A DNA stretch of 64,000 nt from a plasmid. Shown here in pieces: positions 50,018 to 58,941 of this stretch (positions within the stretch are counted from its first letter, which is position 1; the number at the start of each line of letters is the position of its first letter). The stretch lies in the sequence record NZ_CP082905.1, one strand, 5' to 3'. Under the pieces are notes generated by a model. That model was not told the origin of the DNA and ran no database searches. It saw nothing but the letters and a program-made list of their open reading frames with translations. Made by a program: the position numbers and the translations under genes.

Positions 50018-50518
50018 ATGCGTTTATTTATACACGCTGCAGCCCTGCTGGCTACAGGCATTTTCTCAGCCAGCGTGAATGCGGACTGTTTTATTAAAGC
50101 CGGTGAATGGTATTCCATTGATCCGGACTACCTGCGTGCTATCGCATGGCAGGAATCCCGCTACAATCCTGCCGCCATAAATACGAACAAAACCAAAGAC
50201 GGAAAGCCCGGCAGCAGCGATTACGGCATCATGCAGATTAATTCGGTGACCATGCGCGGATTACAGAAAGAATATCCCGGCCTCAGTAAAGAAAAGCTCC
50301 TCAGCGATCCGTGCCTGAATATTTTCATCGGTGCCATGCTGCTGCGCCGTAACTTCAATCAGTACGGCACAACGTGGCTGGCAGTGGGAATGTATAATGC
50401 GGGAATGAAAAATATTCCGGTGACGATCAAGAACCGGTATAACTATGCGATGATTATCGACGCACATTATAAGGCCATCAAGGCGGGTAAAATCCCACGT
50501 ACGGCAATCAACGGATGA
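50018..50518 (+). CDS. lytic transglycosylase (orf169 / gene X / P19 family)
   Basis: Signal peptide and SLT-domain motifs (AIAWQESRYNP, GIMQIN, AYNAG). Confidence 0.9.
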   Translation: MRLFIHAAALLATGIFSASVNADCFIKAGEWYSIDPDYLRAIAWQESRYNPAAINTNKTKDGKPGSSDYGIMQINSVTMRGLQKEYPGLSKEKLLSDPCLNIFIGAMLLRRNFNQYGTTWLAVGMYNAGMKNIPVTIKNRYNYAMIIDAHYKAIKAGKIPRTAING

Positions 50519-50777
50519 ATGATTAAAATCCTTATTACGGACTGCATTACTTTTTTTCTTCTGTGCCTGTGCTGGTTTAAATCCGTCAATGCAGTCTGCG
50601 CACAGAATTAACCGTTCCCGGTTCAATGCCGGGTACGGTCAACATGAGTAACGCCCCTGATGTTTTACCGCGCCGTGCAGGAAGAGTTTGCACCGGTTTT
50701 TATTTATTTGTCACCGGTTCAATACCGGTGACGGATAACAGGCCCCAAAAAAATGGAGCCATCCGGCCCCGTGCTGT

Positions 50778-51632
50778 TTATGCTTTCATTTCAGAAAGTA
50801 TTCTGTTTATTTCACCGTGAACGCCCTGACTGTGCCAGAAGCAATCCCGGCCGACCCGGTACAGTTCGCCCGATTTAAATCGTGCCAGCGTAATTTCCTC
50901 TCCCTCCAGGCTGCTGCCATATTTTTTAGCGATGGTATCCACCGCTTTTTGTTTCATGGCATCGGAATAATTTCTGTCAGTAAAGACATAACCCACTCCG
51001 CCGAAAATACGATTAAAGGGAGACGCACTGGAAACAGACATATCCTGCATGGGATCGAAATAGCTGTCTTTATACTTATCAGTGACAGATTTAACTTCCT
51101 CCTCCGTAGGTCCGTCTGTCCAGATAACGCTTACGCTGTCATAACTGCGCTTGCGAACGGAAAATTTAATGCCCGGAAACTTCGCCTTAAGTTCCCTGCG
51201 TATATTTGACGTGACCTGTACCGCGCCGTTTTTATCCTGCGAAAGCGAAGCATATTCTGGTGCCGTTTTCAGACGCTGACATTCCGCTTCATATTTGCGG
51301 GCTTCTTCCTCCCGCGCCTGCTTTTTACGGCGTTCTTCTGCCTCTGCCTGTTTTACGATGCGCGTCGTTTCTTTACCGCTTTTTATTTCCGGGAATATGC
51401 TCCACTGTTTCCCGTAAAGGATACTTTCAGGCAGCGCGCGCGATATTCCGCCGCTCTCGAATGCAATGTCAAATGTCGCATTCCCGCCGTACGAAACGCA
51501 TCCCGAAAGTGAACCCACTGACGCCGGTTTCTGCTCGCCGTGGATCGCAAAAATCACACCCCGTCCGCGATTGTAAAGAACTGTGCTGACAACCTGCCCC
51601 ACAACCAGAGACTGCGCATTCTGTATTTTCAT
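50778..51632 (-). CDS. hypothetical leading-region protein (284 aa) with a coiled-coil/charged central segment
   Basis: ORF only. Confidence 0.4.
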   Translation of the reverse strand: MKIQNAQSLVVGQVVSTVLYNRGRGVIFAIHGEQKPASVGSLSGCVSYGGNATFDIAFESGGISRALPESILYGKQWSIFPEIKSGKETTRIVKQAEAEERRKKQAREEEARKYEAECQRLKTAPEYASLSQDKNGAVQVTSNIRRELKAKFPGIKFSVRKRSYDSVSVIWTDGPTEEEVKSVTDKYKDSYFDPMQDMSVSSASPFNRIFGGVGYVFTDRNYSDAMKQKAVDTIAKKYGSSLEGEEITLARFKSGELYRVGRDCFWHSQGVHGEINRILSEMKA

Positions 51633-51698
51633 ATCAGTTTCCCTTAATGCTGATGAAAGAGAGGCGCGACCCGTTTTCTTCCGGGCCGCAGGACATTT

Positions 51699-52289
51699 TC
51701 AGAACGGGATATCGTTTAAGGTGGTATCAGCGGCACCGGCAGTTACCTGAATGTCTTGCGCAGGATTCAGGGCGCTTTCCAGTGAGATGATGCCGCGTGC
51801 GACGTCGCTGGCCTGGTAATAATCAAGCCCTGCATCACACGCTGCATGAAACCTGTCGAAAAACTTTTTCGCCTCTTCCGCCATTACTGAGGAGGAGCGC
51901 CGTATATACTCCCGGCAGGCGTCCTGCCATGAGGCAGTGCGGTAATAAATTTGTCCCCGGCTGGCAATGATGTAACGTTCCGCAGAGATGTCGCCCACGT
52001 CGTACAGCGCCGTCATGCCACGGGCTGAACTCGTCAGACGCGGCAGCGCGCGATGTCCCGCCGCCAGTAATGCCGCCACTTCAGTTTCATCGAGCAACAG
52101 CACATCTGCGCCATAACTGCCGTTTCGCGTCGGATAGTGCTTTCCCTTTGCAGGCGTGGCGTTTTCATTCCCTGCGTCAGTGTTATGCCAGCGGGTGCGC
52201 AGATCGTTCGCGCTGACGCAGATTTTCTGGCCTTTAACCCATGTTTTGGAAGCTTCTGAAGCGGCGATGTTGACGTTCTGTGTGTTCAT
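51699..52289 (-). CDS. hypothetical leading-region protein (196 aa) with the shared N-terminal leader MNTQNVNIAASEASKTW
   Basis: Starts inside repeat R1. Confidence 0.5.
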   Translation of the reverse strand: MNTQNVNIAASEASKTWVKGQKICVSANDLRTRWHNTDAGNENATPAKGKHYPTRNGSYGADVLLLDETEVAALLAAGHRALPRLTSSARGMTALYDVGDISAERYIIASRGQIYYRTASWQDACREYIRRSSSVMAEEAKKFFDRFHAACDAGLDYYQASDVARGIISLESALNPAQDIQVTAGAADTTLNDIPF

Positions 52290-52897
52290 GCTGGTTCTCC
52301 TCTCAGGTGGTTAATCATGTTTCGGTGAGTTCCTCGCGGCAGAGGGCAAGTAAGCGGCGTCAGGCGGGCAGTGCAAGGGCGCCGCAGGCGTGCATTTCAC
52401 CCTTGCGCTGAACGAATGACGTTGCTACGACCAGCCCTCCGCGGGGAACCATCCGGAACATGAAGGCACCGTTCGTGAGGACAGCATGAACACACCCCGG
52501 ACGTCTCCGACGGCCGGTCCTTACAGGTTGCCGCGCAGCGGTAACCTGCAGAAGCGCCAGCGTCAGCTGGCTGCAGGGGTTGACCTGGCCCTTGCCATCA
52601 GACCCTAGCCGGCAGGCCCGGAACGCTTGCGGTCCGGCGGAGCTTACCGGCTTTGCCGGTTAGCGCAGTGGGGCTGACGACCCGGCAACGCCGGGGAGCC
52701 GAAGGTGGCCATTACGCAGTGGATGTTTTTGACCTTCAGTCAGTGAAAGACAAAGAAGCAGCTGCAGCGCAGGAAGCGAAGAGAGAAGACCATGAGACAG
52801 CACCCCGGAGAGAGAAAGCGCAGGCGAAGGGAGAGAGACGGTGCGTCAGCACCGTCTTTTCCCGGCCCGCAGGGCCGCCGGGTTTTAGCGGTGTTTA
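52240..52897 (-). repeat. leading-region repeat R1 (Frpo/ssi-like ssDNA promoter candidate, includes the RBS and first 17 codons)
   Basis: 658 bp; about 95% identical to R2; hairpin cagtgcaaggg..cccttgcgctg; a TTGACC motif. Confidence 0.6.
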
Positions 52898-52977
52898 CCG
52901 GACAGGATGCCCTGCCCGGAGCTGATGCATAACGTTTTAGCTTGGGTATACCGGCGCCCCGATCGGCGCCGTTATGG

Positions 52978-53280
52978 CTAAAAATCGAACCCGGCAGCCT
53001 TCGCCAGTTTAATGAATTTTTTATAATGCGCTGCGCTTACCGGGCAGATGTGTCTCCCGTCTCGCTGCGTACCTGTGCTGACTGCATAGCTATAGGCTTC
53101 ATTCATTTTTTCCGGGTAGCATTTCCGGAATTCTTTCAATTTTTTCAGAGAACTGAACTCATAAATCTCAAAGTCTGCGTGATCCCCTGCCTTACTCCCC
53201 TCAGCCAGTAAAATTTTTGGGTATTCATTCCATGTTTTGGAAGCTTCTGAAGCGGCGGTGTTGACGTTCTGTGTGTTCAT
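52978..53280 (-). CDS. hypothetical leading-region protein (100 aa) with the leader MNTQNVNTAASEASKTW
   Basis: Starts inside repeat R2. Confidence 0.45.
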   Translation of the reverse strand: MNTQNVNTAASEASKTWNEYPKILLAEGSKAGDHADFEIYEFSSLKKLKEFRKCYPEKMNEAYSYAVSTGTQRDGRHICPVSAAHYKKFIKLAKAAGFDF

Positions 53281-53899
53281 GCTGGTTCTCCTCTCAGGTG
53301 ATTAATTCATGTTTCGGTGAGTTCCTCGCGGCAGAGGGCAAGTAAGCGGCGTCAGGCGGGCAGTGCAAGGGCGCCGCAGGCGTGCATTTCACCCTTGCAC
53401 TGAACGAATGACGTTGCTACGACCAGCCCTCCGCGGGGAACCATCCGGAACATGAAGGCACCGTTCGTGAGGACAGCATGAACACACCCCGGACGTCTCC
53501 GACGGCCGGTCCTTACAGGTTGCCGCGCAGCGGTAACCTGCAGAAGCGCCAGCGCCAGCTGGCTGCAGGGGTTGACCTGGCCCTTGCCATCAGACCCTAG
53601 CCGGCAGGCCCGAAACGCCGCTTCTGGCGGTTCGGCGAAGCTTACCGGCCCTGCCGGTTAGCGCAGTGGGGCTGACGACCCGGCAACGCCGGGGAGCCGA
53701 AGGTGGCCATCACGACGTTGACTTTTTTGACCTTCAGTCAGTGAAAAACAGAGAAGCAGCTGCAGCACAGCAGGATTAACAGCAGCAGGAAGCGAAGAGA
53801 GAAGACTGTGAGACAGCGCCCCGGAGAGAGAAAGCGCAGGCGAAGGGAGAGAGACGGTGCGTCAGCACCGTCTTTACCCGGTCCGCAGGGCTGCCCGCC
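53231..53899 (-). repeat. leading-region repeat R2 (Frpo/ssi-like)
   Basis: Perfect 11-bp IR cagtgcaaggg/cccttgcactg, and a second long near-palindrome. Confidence 0.6.
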
Positions 53900-53955
53900 G
53901 TTCAGCCGCCGGTGAATGCAGCTGCAGGGCCATAAACGGCCCCGCCCTTGTTGCG

Positions 53956-54321
53956 TTACATTTCCTCCAGTTCTGCCTGATAGTGCATTTCTGCCATGCT
54001 GACCAGCGATGCAAATGTTACCTCCCCGCCCGTTATGCCTTCCTGCCCGCACAGGTGCATCAGGTTGGCTATCAGATCCTGAACGGCGGTATATGCATCC
54101 TCTCCCCGACCATCAAGCCCGGTTCGCCTGGCAAAGATCCATAACGCTTCAGCCGCGACCGTTGCCCGATCTGTGTTACCCCAGATAAGCGCCGGACTTT
54201 CTGTGCCTTCAGCCATTGCGGCAATCTCTTTTATGGTGCTCATGGTTACCGGCTCGTGGTTATCGTTCTGTTCAGGGTTTACTGTTGTGGTATCTGTCGG
54301 TAAAGTTGACTGTGTAGACAC
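53956..54321 (-). CDS. hypothetical protein (121 aa) downstream of the RadC-like gene
   Basis: ORF only; holds the position of an antitoxin-like gene in prophage yee/yfj modules, but no recognisable similarity. Confidence 0.35.
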   Translation of the reverse strand: MSTQSTLPTDTTTVNPEQNDNHEPVTMSTIKEIAAMAEGTESPALIWGNTDRATVAAEALWIFARRTGLDGRGEDAYTAVQDLIANLMHLCGQEGITGGEVTFASLVSMAEMHYQAELEEM

Positions 54322-54524
54322 ATTGATCTCCTGTTTTGTGGTCAGTGTTTCTCTGATGCCCCGGCTTCGTCGTGGATACCAGGGGCGGAATCTGGCAGGG
54401 TTAACCCCCTGCCTTTTTTCTGTCCGTTACTCCGGCTTGTATGCCATGAGGGTGATCACGCGCCCCCCCGTACCGGCAAACATATTCTCCAGCGGCTCTG
54501 ACCAGCTGTACTCCCAGCCCGGCA

Positions 54525-55088
54525 TCAGACAAGCCCCTTTCTGGCCATTGATACGGCCTCATTACCTGCCACGATGATGTGATCGATGACCCGCACAGCG
54601 ACCAGCTCAAGCGCTTTTTTCAGGCGTACGGTGATTTGCACGTCTGCGCGGGAGGGTTCGGTACTGAATGAGGGATGGTTATGACTCAGGATCACCGCTG
54701 CAGCGTTCAGCCGCAGGGCTGCGCGAACCACTTCACGGGGATGAATTTCGGTTGATGCAATGCTGCCAATAAATAACTCTTCATAAGCAATCAGCTGATG
54801 CTGGTTGTTCAGAAACGCAACAGCAAAGGTTTCTCTTTCACGTCCGGCTAGTTTTGCCCGGAAAAATTCCTCTGACACTTCTAATGATTCAAAGACGGTG
54901 CCTGCCGGGTAACGGAAATCGACTGCCCGCGTTGCTTCTGTAAGGATCTGGCTGACAGAGGCCATAACATAATTCCCCTGCGTGTCCCGGACGTGCAGGT
55001 GACTGAAAAAGCTGATATTGCCTCCCACTGTTTCCAGCGCGGTTTCTTCTGATTCTGAAAAACTGGTAATGATGCTCTGCTGTGGCAT
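54525..55088 (-). CDS. RadC-like JAB/MPN domain protein (YeeS/YkfG family)
   Basis: HNHPS motif (ILSHNHPSFSTEPSRADVQ); start trimmed to MPQQSII. Confidence 0.8.
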   Translation of the reverse strand: MPQQSIITSFSESEETALETVGGNISFFSHLHVRDTQGNYVMASVSQILTEATRAVDFRYPAGTVFESLEVSEEFFRAKLAGRERETFAVAFLNNQHQLIAYEELFIGSIASTEIHPREVVRAALRLNAAAVILSHNHPSFSTEPSRADVQITVRLKKALELVAVRVIDHIIVAGNEAVSMARKGLV

Positions 55089-55138
55089 ATTGCGTCTCCC
55101 GTGTGACTGGCTGTTATATTTTCCGGCTTTACCGGCTG

Positions 55139-55348
55139 TCAGCTTTCGCTTATCAGAACGAAAAACCGGTGCCGCTGATCGAGTAAAAACTCCCGTGCCT
55201 GCCCGCTTATTCCCGGTCGTGCGGCTTCGGCGGTATAGCGGTTGTAGGTGATGCATTCCGCTCCGGTCATAACGTGGCCGGTGTATGTCACGTATCCTGC
55301 CTGCAGCGGATTTTTCAGCGCGGCCGCCAATCGTTCCTGTGTATTCAT
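55139..55348 (-). CDS. small DUF987-like protein (YeeT/YkfH-like, 69 aa)
   Basis: Size and position between the antirestriction-like and RadC-like genes, as in yeeT-yeeS or yfjX-yfjY modules. Confidence 0.45.
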   Translation of the reverse strand: MNTQERLAAALKNPLQAGYVTYTGHVMTGAECITYNRYTAEAARPGISGQAREFLLDQRHRFFVLISES

Positions 55349-55394
55349 TGCTTTCTCCTGTTTCCCCTGCAGCGTGCTGCAGGGGAATGAATCA

Positions 55395-55973
55395 TTAACC
55401 TTTCAGGCGGGAAAACTGCCAGTGACAGAACGGGCTGTATTCATCTGCTTTCGGCAGGCTGGCCTGCGCATATTTTTTCAGTCCCTCATGTTCTGACCAG
55501 AACAATTCCAGCGCCGCCACGTTAAGCAGTCCCGCTGACTTATATACATTGGTGGTCTGATATTCGTTGAGCTCCACATACTCTTCGTCGCCGATGGGGT
55601 TTGCTGAATGCACGACACGGGTTTCATAGGTTTCCGGTGCCGCGCCAGCTTTGGGTGCAAACACGGCAACGGTAATGAGGAGCTTTTCATGCGGGTTAAT
55701 CAGCATAAGATCTGTTGTGGAGCGGTAACTCCCCGTATCAAATGAAGCCTCGTCCCGTGTAAACGTCGCCGCCGCCAGGTACTCCAGATGCATTTTAAAA
55801 TCGCTGCGCAGCGCTGCGGTATTCACGTTGAACTGCGGATAATCGACGTAAAAAAGATTGCGACGAAAGGCGCGGCGTATAGCCTCATAGCTGATATCTT
55901 CTGCGGGTTTTGTCGTTGAAAATGATGATTCTTTAGATTCTGAAGCCGTGGTGTTGACGTTCTGCTGTGACAT
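55395..55973 (-). CDS. antirestriction-family protein (YfjX/YubI-like) with the leader MSQQNVNTTASESKESS
   Basis: Position at the head of a RadC module, as in CP4-57 yfjX; the family assignment is by recall only. Confidence 0.45.
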   Translation of the reverse strand: MSQQNVNTTASESKESSFSTTKPAEDISYEAIRRAFRRNLFYVDYPQFNVNTAALRSDFKMHLEYLAAATFTRDEASFDTGSYRSTTDLMLINPHEKLLITVAVFAPKAGAAPETYETRVVHSANPIGDEEYVELNEYQTTNVYKSAGLLNVAALELFWSEHEGLKKYAQASLPKADEYSPFCHWQFSRLKG

Positions 55974-56445
55974 GTTGTTTCTCCTGTTCAGGGTTAAGTG
56001 ATGTTTCTCTGAGTTCCTCGCCGTGAGGGCAGAACAGGCGACCGGGCATCAGGCTGAACGCAGGGGGAAACGGCAAAGCCGCAGCCCGCAGGGACCGGGT
56101 GCAGACGTTTAGCTGTGCGACCCTTGCGTGAAGACGCCCGGGTGCCAGGTTTCTGCACGGCGAAGGGGCTCAGGGGAACAAAACAGGACAACAGGTGATG
56201 AACAGGGTACAGCCCCGGAACGGCACACCACGGTGCCGGTCCGGTCCTTACAGGCTGCCGCCTCGCGGCGGCCTGCAGACGCGCCGGCGCCAGCCGGCTG
56301 CACGGGGGTTGACCTGGCCGTTGCCATCAGACCCTAGCCGGCAGGCCCGGAACGCGACGCGGTCCGGCGAAGCTTACCGGCTCAGCCGGTTAGCGCAGTG
56401 GGGCTTGACGACCCGGCTGTGCCGGGGAGCCGGAGGGGGCCACAG
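55924..56445 (-). repeat. leading-region repeat R3 (variant 2, Frpo/ssi-like)
   Basis: Shares the MSQQNVNTTASES leader and the upstream roughly 470 bp with R5 and R6. Confidence 0.6.
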
Positions 56446-57510
56446 AATTTTTGATTTTAATGTCCGCTATGTTCCAGAAGCGGAAGTTGGGATGCCAGAG
56501 ACTCTCTAAAAGTGGATGGTTCTTTTTAGGGAAACGTACAGTGGCGGCAGGCATGATAGAGCTGATAAGCTATGTATAGAGTTAAAAATTCATTTAATCG
56601 CGAGATAATAATCAAATTATGAAAAGAATTATTCCTGATAAAAATTGGTGGGATAACGAGAGTCATAATCGAAATGCTGCAACAGTTTGTCCATACGCTA
56701 ATTCGCATAGCTGCCCTCGATATCATTACAGTGTAGTTCTGCTTAAACGTATTAACATGATAGCGGGCATAACGGATAAAAAAGAGGAGGAGTTGAGTGA
56801 GTATTGGGAAAGAACTAAATTTTCATCTTTATGTGATGAAGAAACCCCCTCGGTTTATTCCAATGAAAATGGCGGCGTTTCATCAATCATTAACTTTTGC
56901 CCTGAAATATCATATAAGTATTTTTACTATTATGCTGATTACATGTGTAAATATGTCGATGGAATTGATCAAGATTCAGGCGTACGCATTGCGGAAAAAG
57001 AAAATTTAAAAAATGACTGGAAGTATTCATGGATGGAAGTTCATCCTAGATTTTATTTGGATTGCGATGTATTTAATCATGTTAAACTGTTTAATGAAAC
57101 TTTGGGAAATGATTACCTAAAAAGATTGCATCCCAATATTGTTCAGCAAATAAGTAGAATGAATAATTGTTTAGATTCCAATGACCCGGCAGGAGCGTTG
57201 CACGCTGCCTCTAACATTTTAGAAACAATGGCGAAAGATATTTCTCAAAATCCAAATGTATCAAATCAATCACTGGGTGGTTTTTTTGAGCAATTCAAGA
57301 AAAATTCAAGCTTACCTGATAACCTTATTGATGCGATTAAAGATATTTACAATTTGCGTAACAGATTACCTACTGCTGGACACGGAAGTCTGGACAAGCC
57401 TGAATTGACTATGGCAGATGCTATAGCTATTGCTGCATTGACAAAAGCGATATTAGAAATTGAATATCGAAGCAAGGCCATCTAATAAGTCAAATTCATT
57501 AACGCTTCAA
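56446..57510. other. AT-rich island inserted into the repeat array
   Basis: Sharp GC drop; it removes the promoter-proximal half of repeat R4. Confidence 0.6.
56619..57485 (+). CDS. Abi_C-like (abortive-infection C-terminal domain) protein, 288 aa
   Basis: C-terminal LHAASNILETMAKDI...IYNLRNRLPTAGHGS resembles the RN..aHG signature of the Abi_C domain; the gene is AT-rich and on the strand opposite all other leading genes. Confidence 0.5.
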   Translation: MKRIIPDKNWWDNESHNRNAATVCPYANSHSCPRYHYSVVLLKRINMIAGITDKKEEELSEYWERTKFSSLCDEETPSVYSNENGGVSSIINFCPEISYKYFYYYADYMCKYVDGIDQDSGVRIAEKENLKNDWKYSWMEVHPRFYLDCDVFNHVKLFNETLGNDYLKRLHPNIVQQISRMNNCLDSNDPAGALHAASNILETMAKDISQNPNVSNQSLGGFFEQFKKNSSLPDNLIDAIKDIYNLRNRLPTAGHGSLDKPELTMADAIAIAALTKAILEIEYRSKAI

Positions 57511-57777
57511 TTCCCCAGCGCGGGACCTTTCTCGGCAAAGAGCATGCACGCGACGGCGATCAAACAAAGCAGTGCCGGCGAAGCCGTATACTTCAGCCTT
57601 GCTTTTTCCAGGCGAGGGGGCGAAACCCGGCCCTCCGCGAGAGAGCCGCTGAGAGATGCCACCGATAAAAGAGGGAATGCATACACCCGGCGCGCCATTG
57701 AGGCGTGACGATAGTAAAGTGATGGCAGACTTATGTCGTCAAGGTGAGGCCGCGGGCGTCAGCCCGCTGAGGCAGTT

Positions 57778-58099
57778 GGTCATTAAAGCCATCAGACCCA
57801 AGCCGGCAGGCCCGGAACGCCACGCGGTCCGGCGGAGCTTACCGGCGCCAGCCGGTTAGCGCAGTGGGGCTGACGACCCGGCTGTGCCGGGGAGCCGGAG
57901 GGGGCCATCAGGATATTGATGCTTTTGACCTTCAATGCGCGAAACCCGGTGACGCAGCTGCATTACAGCAGAAAGATTAACAGCAGCAGGAAGCGAAGAG
58001 AGAAGACTGTGAGACAGCGCCCCGGAGAGAGAAAGCGCAGGCGAAGGGAGAGAGGCGGTGCGTCAGCACCGTCTTTACCCGGCCCGCAGGGCCGCCCGC
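57778..58099 (-). repeat. leading-region repeat R4, distal half only; the proximal half is replaced by the AT-rich island
   Basis: Aligns to R1/R2 positions about 52585-52897. Confidence 0.55.
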
Positions 58100-58158
58100 T
58101 TTTCTCGCGTGGCCAGAGTCTGCAGCAAGCCGGACAGGCTGCGCCCGGCTTAACAGGT

Positions 58159-58890
58159 TCAGGGACGGAACGTCAGCAGTACGGGCAGCGCAAACCGGTC
58201 GGTCATCCTGCTGAATGCGCTCAGCTCACCGGCCAGAATGCTGATATCGAGCATCACGCGCCACAGCGGCTCGCCGTACCACTCCAGCGGATCGATATGG
58301 CGGCATGACACAAACCGCTTCAGCCACGCCAGTATCAGCGACAGAAGATCGCTTTCAAAAATATCCCGCGCCTGCCAGTGCGCATACCATCCTCCCACCG
58401 TCTGCGGCGTGTAAAACGCCAGCTCCAGCGCAGCCTGCGCCAGCCGGTTCTGATAGCGCCTGCGCTTCTGCTCGCGCTCCCGGCTCTCCCGGTTCTGCGC
58501 CCTGCTCTGACGCAGCGTTAAGCGCTTTTCCCGACGCTCCGTGAAACGGACGGCGGTCAGCGGAAACAGCCTTGAGCCGGTATCCTGCGACAGCGGCGCA
58601 GGGCAGCGCTCGCCGCGTGAGGCAATAAGCGTATCGAGCGCAGCCAGGTATTCCCGCGCAGGCGGCGCAGAGCGATCACCGGGTGTGTATTCAGGCATGA
58701 CCCGGCGCAGCTGATCAGCCTTAATGGTGCGTGTCCCGCAGTAATGGCGCATAAAGGCACTGGCGTAGGGGTGCGCGCCGCGCGCCGCTCTGCCCTGCAG
58801 GCGCTTTTCAACCTCGGCAACGGCCAGGCTGATGGCAAAGGTGTACGGGCAGGCGGGAACGATTGAAAGGTGCCGGGGAATGGTATTCAT
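58159..58890 (-). CDS. psiA: PsiA-like protein (plasmid SOS inhibition locus protein A)
   Basis: 243 aa; an AHPYASAFMRHYCG motif resembling the PsiA YPYAGAFFR region as I recall it; leading-region position. Confidence 0.5.
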   Translation of the reverse strand: MNTIPRHLSIVPACPYTFAISLAVAEVEKRLQGRAARGAHPYASAFMRHYCGTRTIKADQLRRVMPEYTPGDRSAPPAREYLAALDTLIASRGERCPAPLSQDTGSRLFPLTAVRFTERREKRLTLRQSRAQNRESREREQKRRRYQNRLAQAALELAFYTPQTVGGWYAHWQARDIFESDLLSLILAWLKRFVSCRHIDPLEWYGEPLWRVMLDISILAGELSAFSRMTDRFALPVLLTFRP

Positions 58891-58941
58891 CAGGTTTCCT
58901 CCTTGTCTGTAGTGACCGCCCGGACGGGCGGTCTGCCGCTG

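Noticed and set aside
53738-54052. 104-aa minus-strand ORF that could have been the toxin partner of the RadC module
   Set aside because: It lies inside repeat R2 and is Gly/Arg-rich with no resemblance to CbtA/YpjF-type toxins; most likely spurious.
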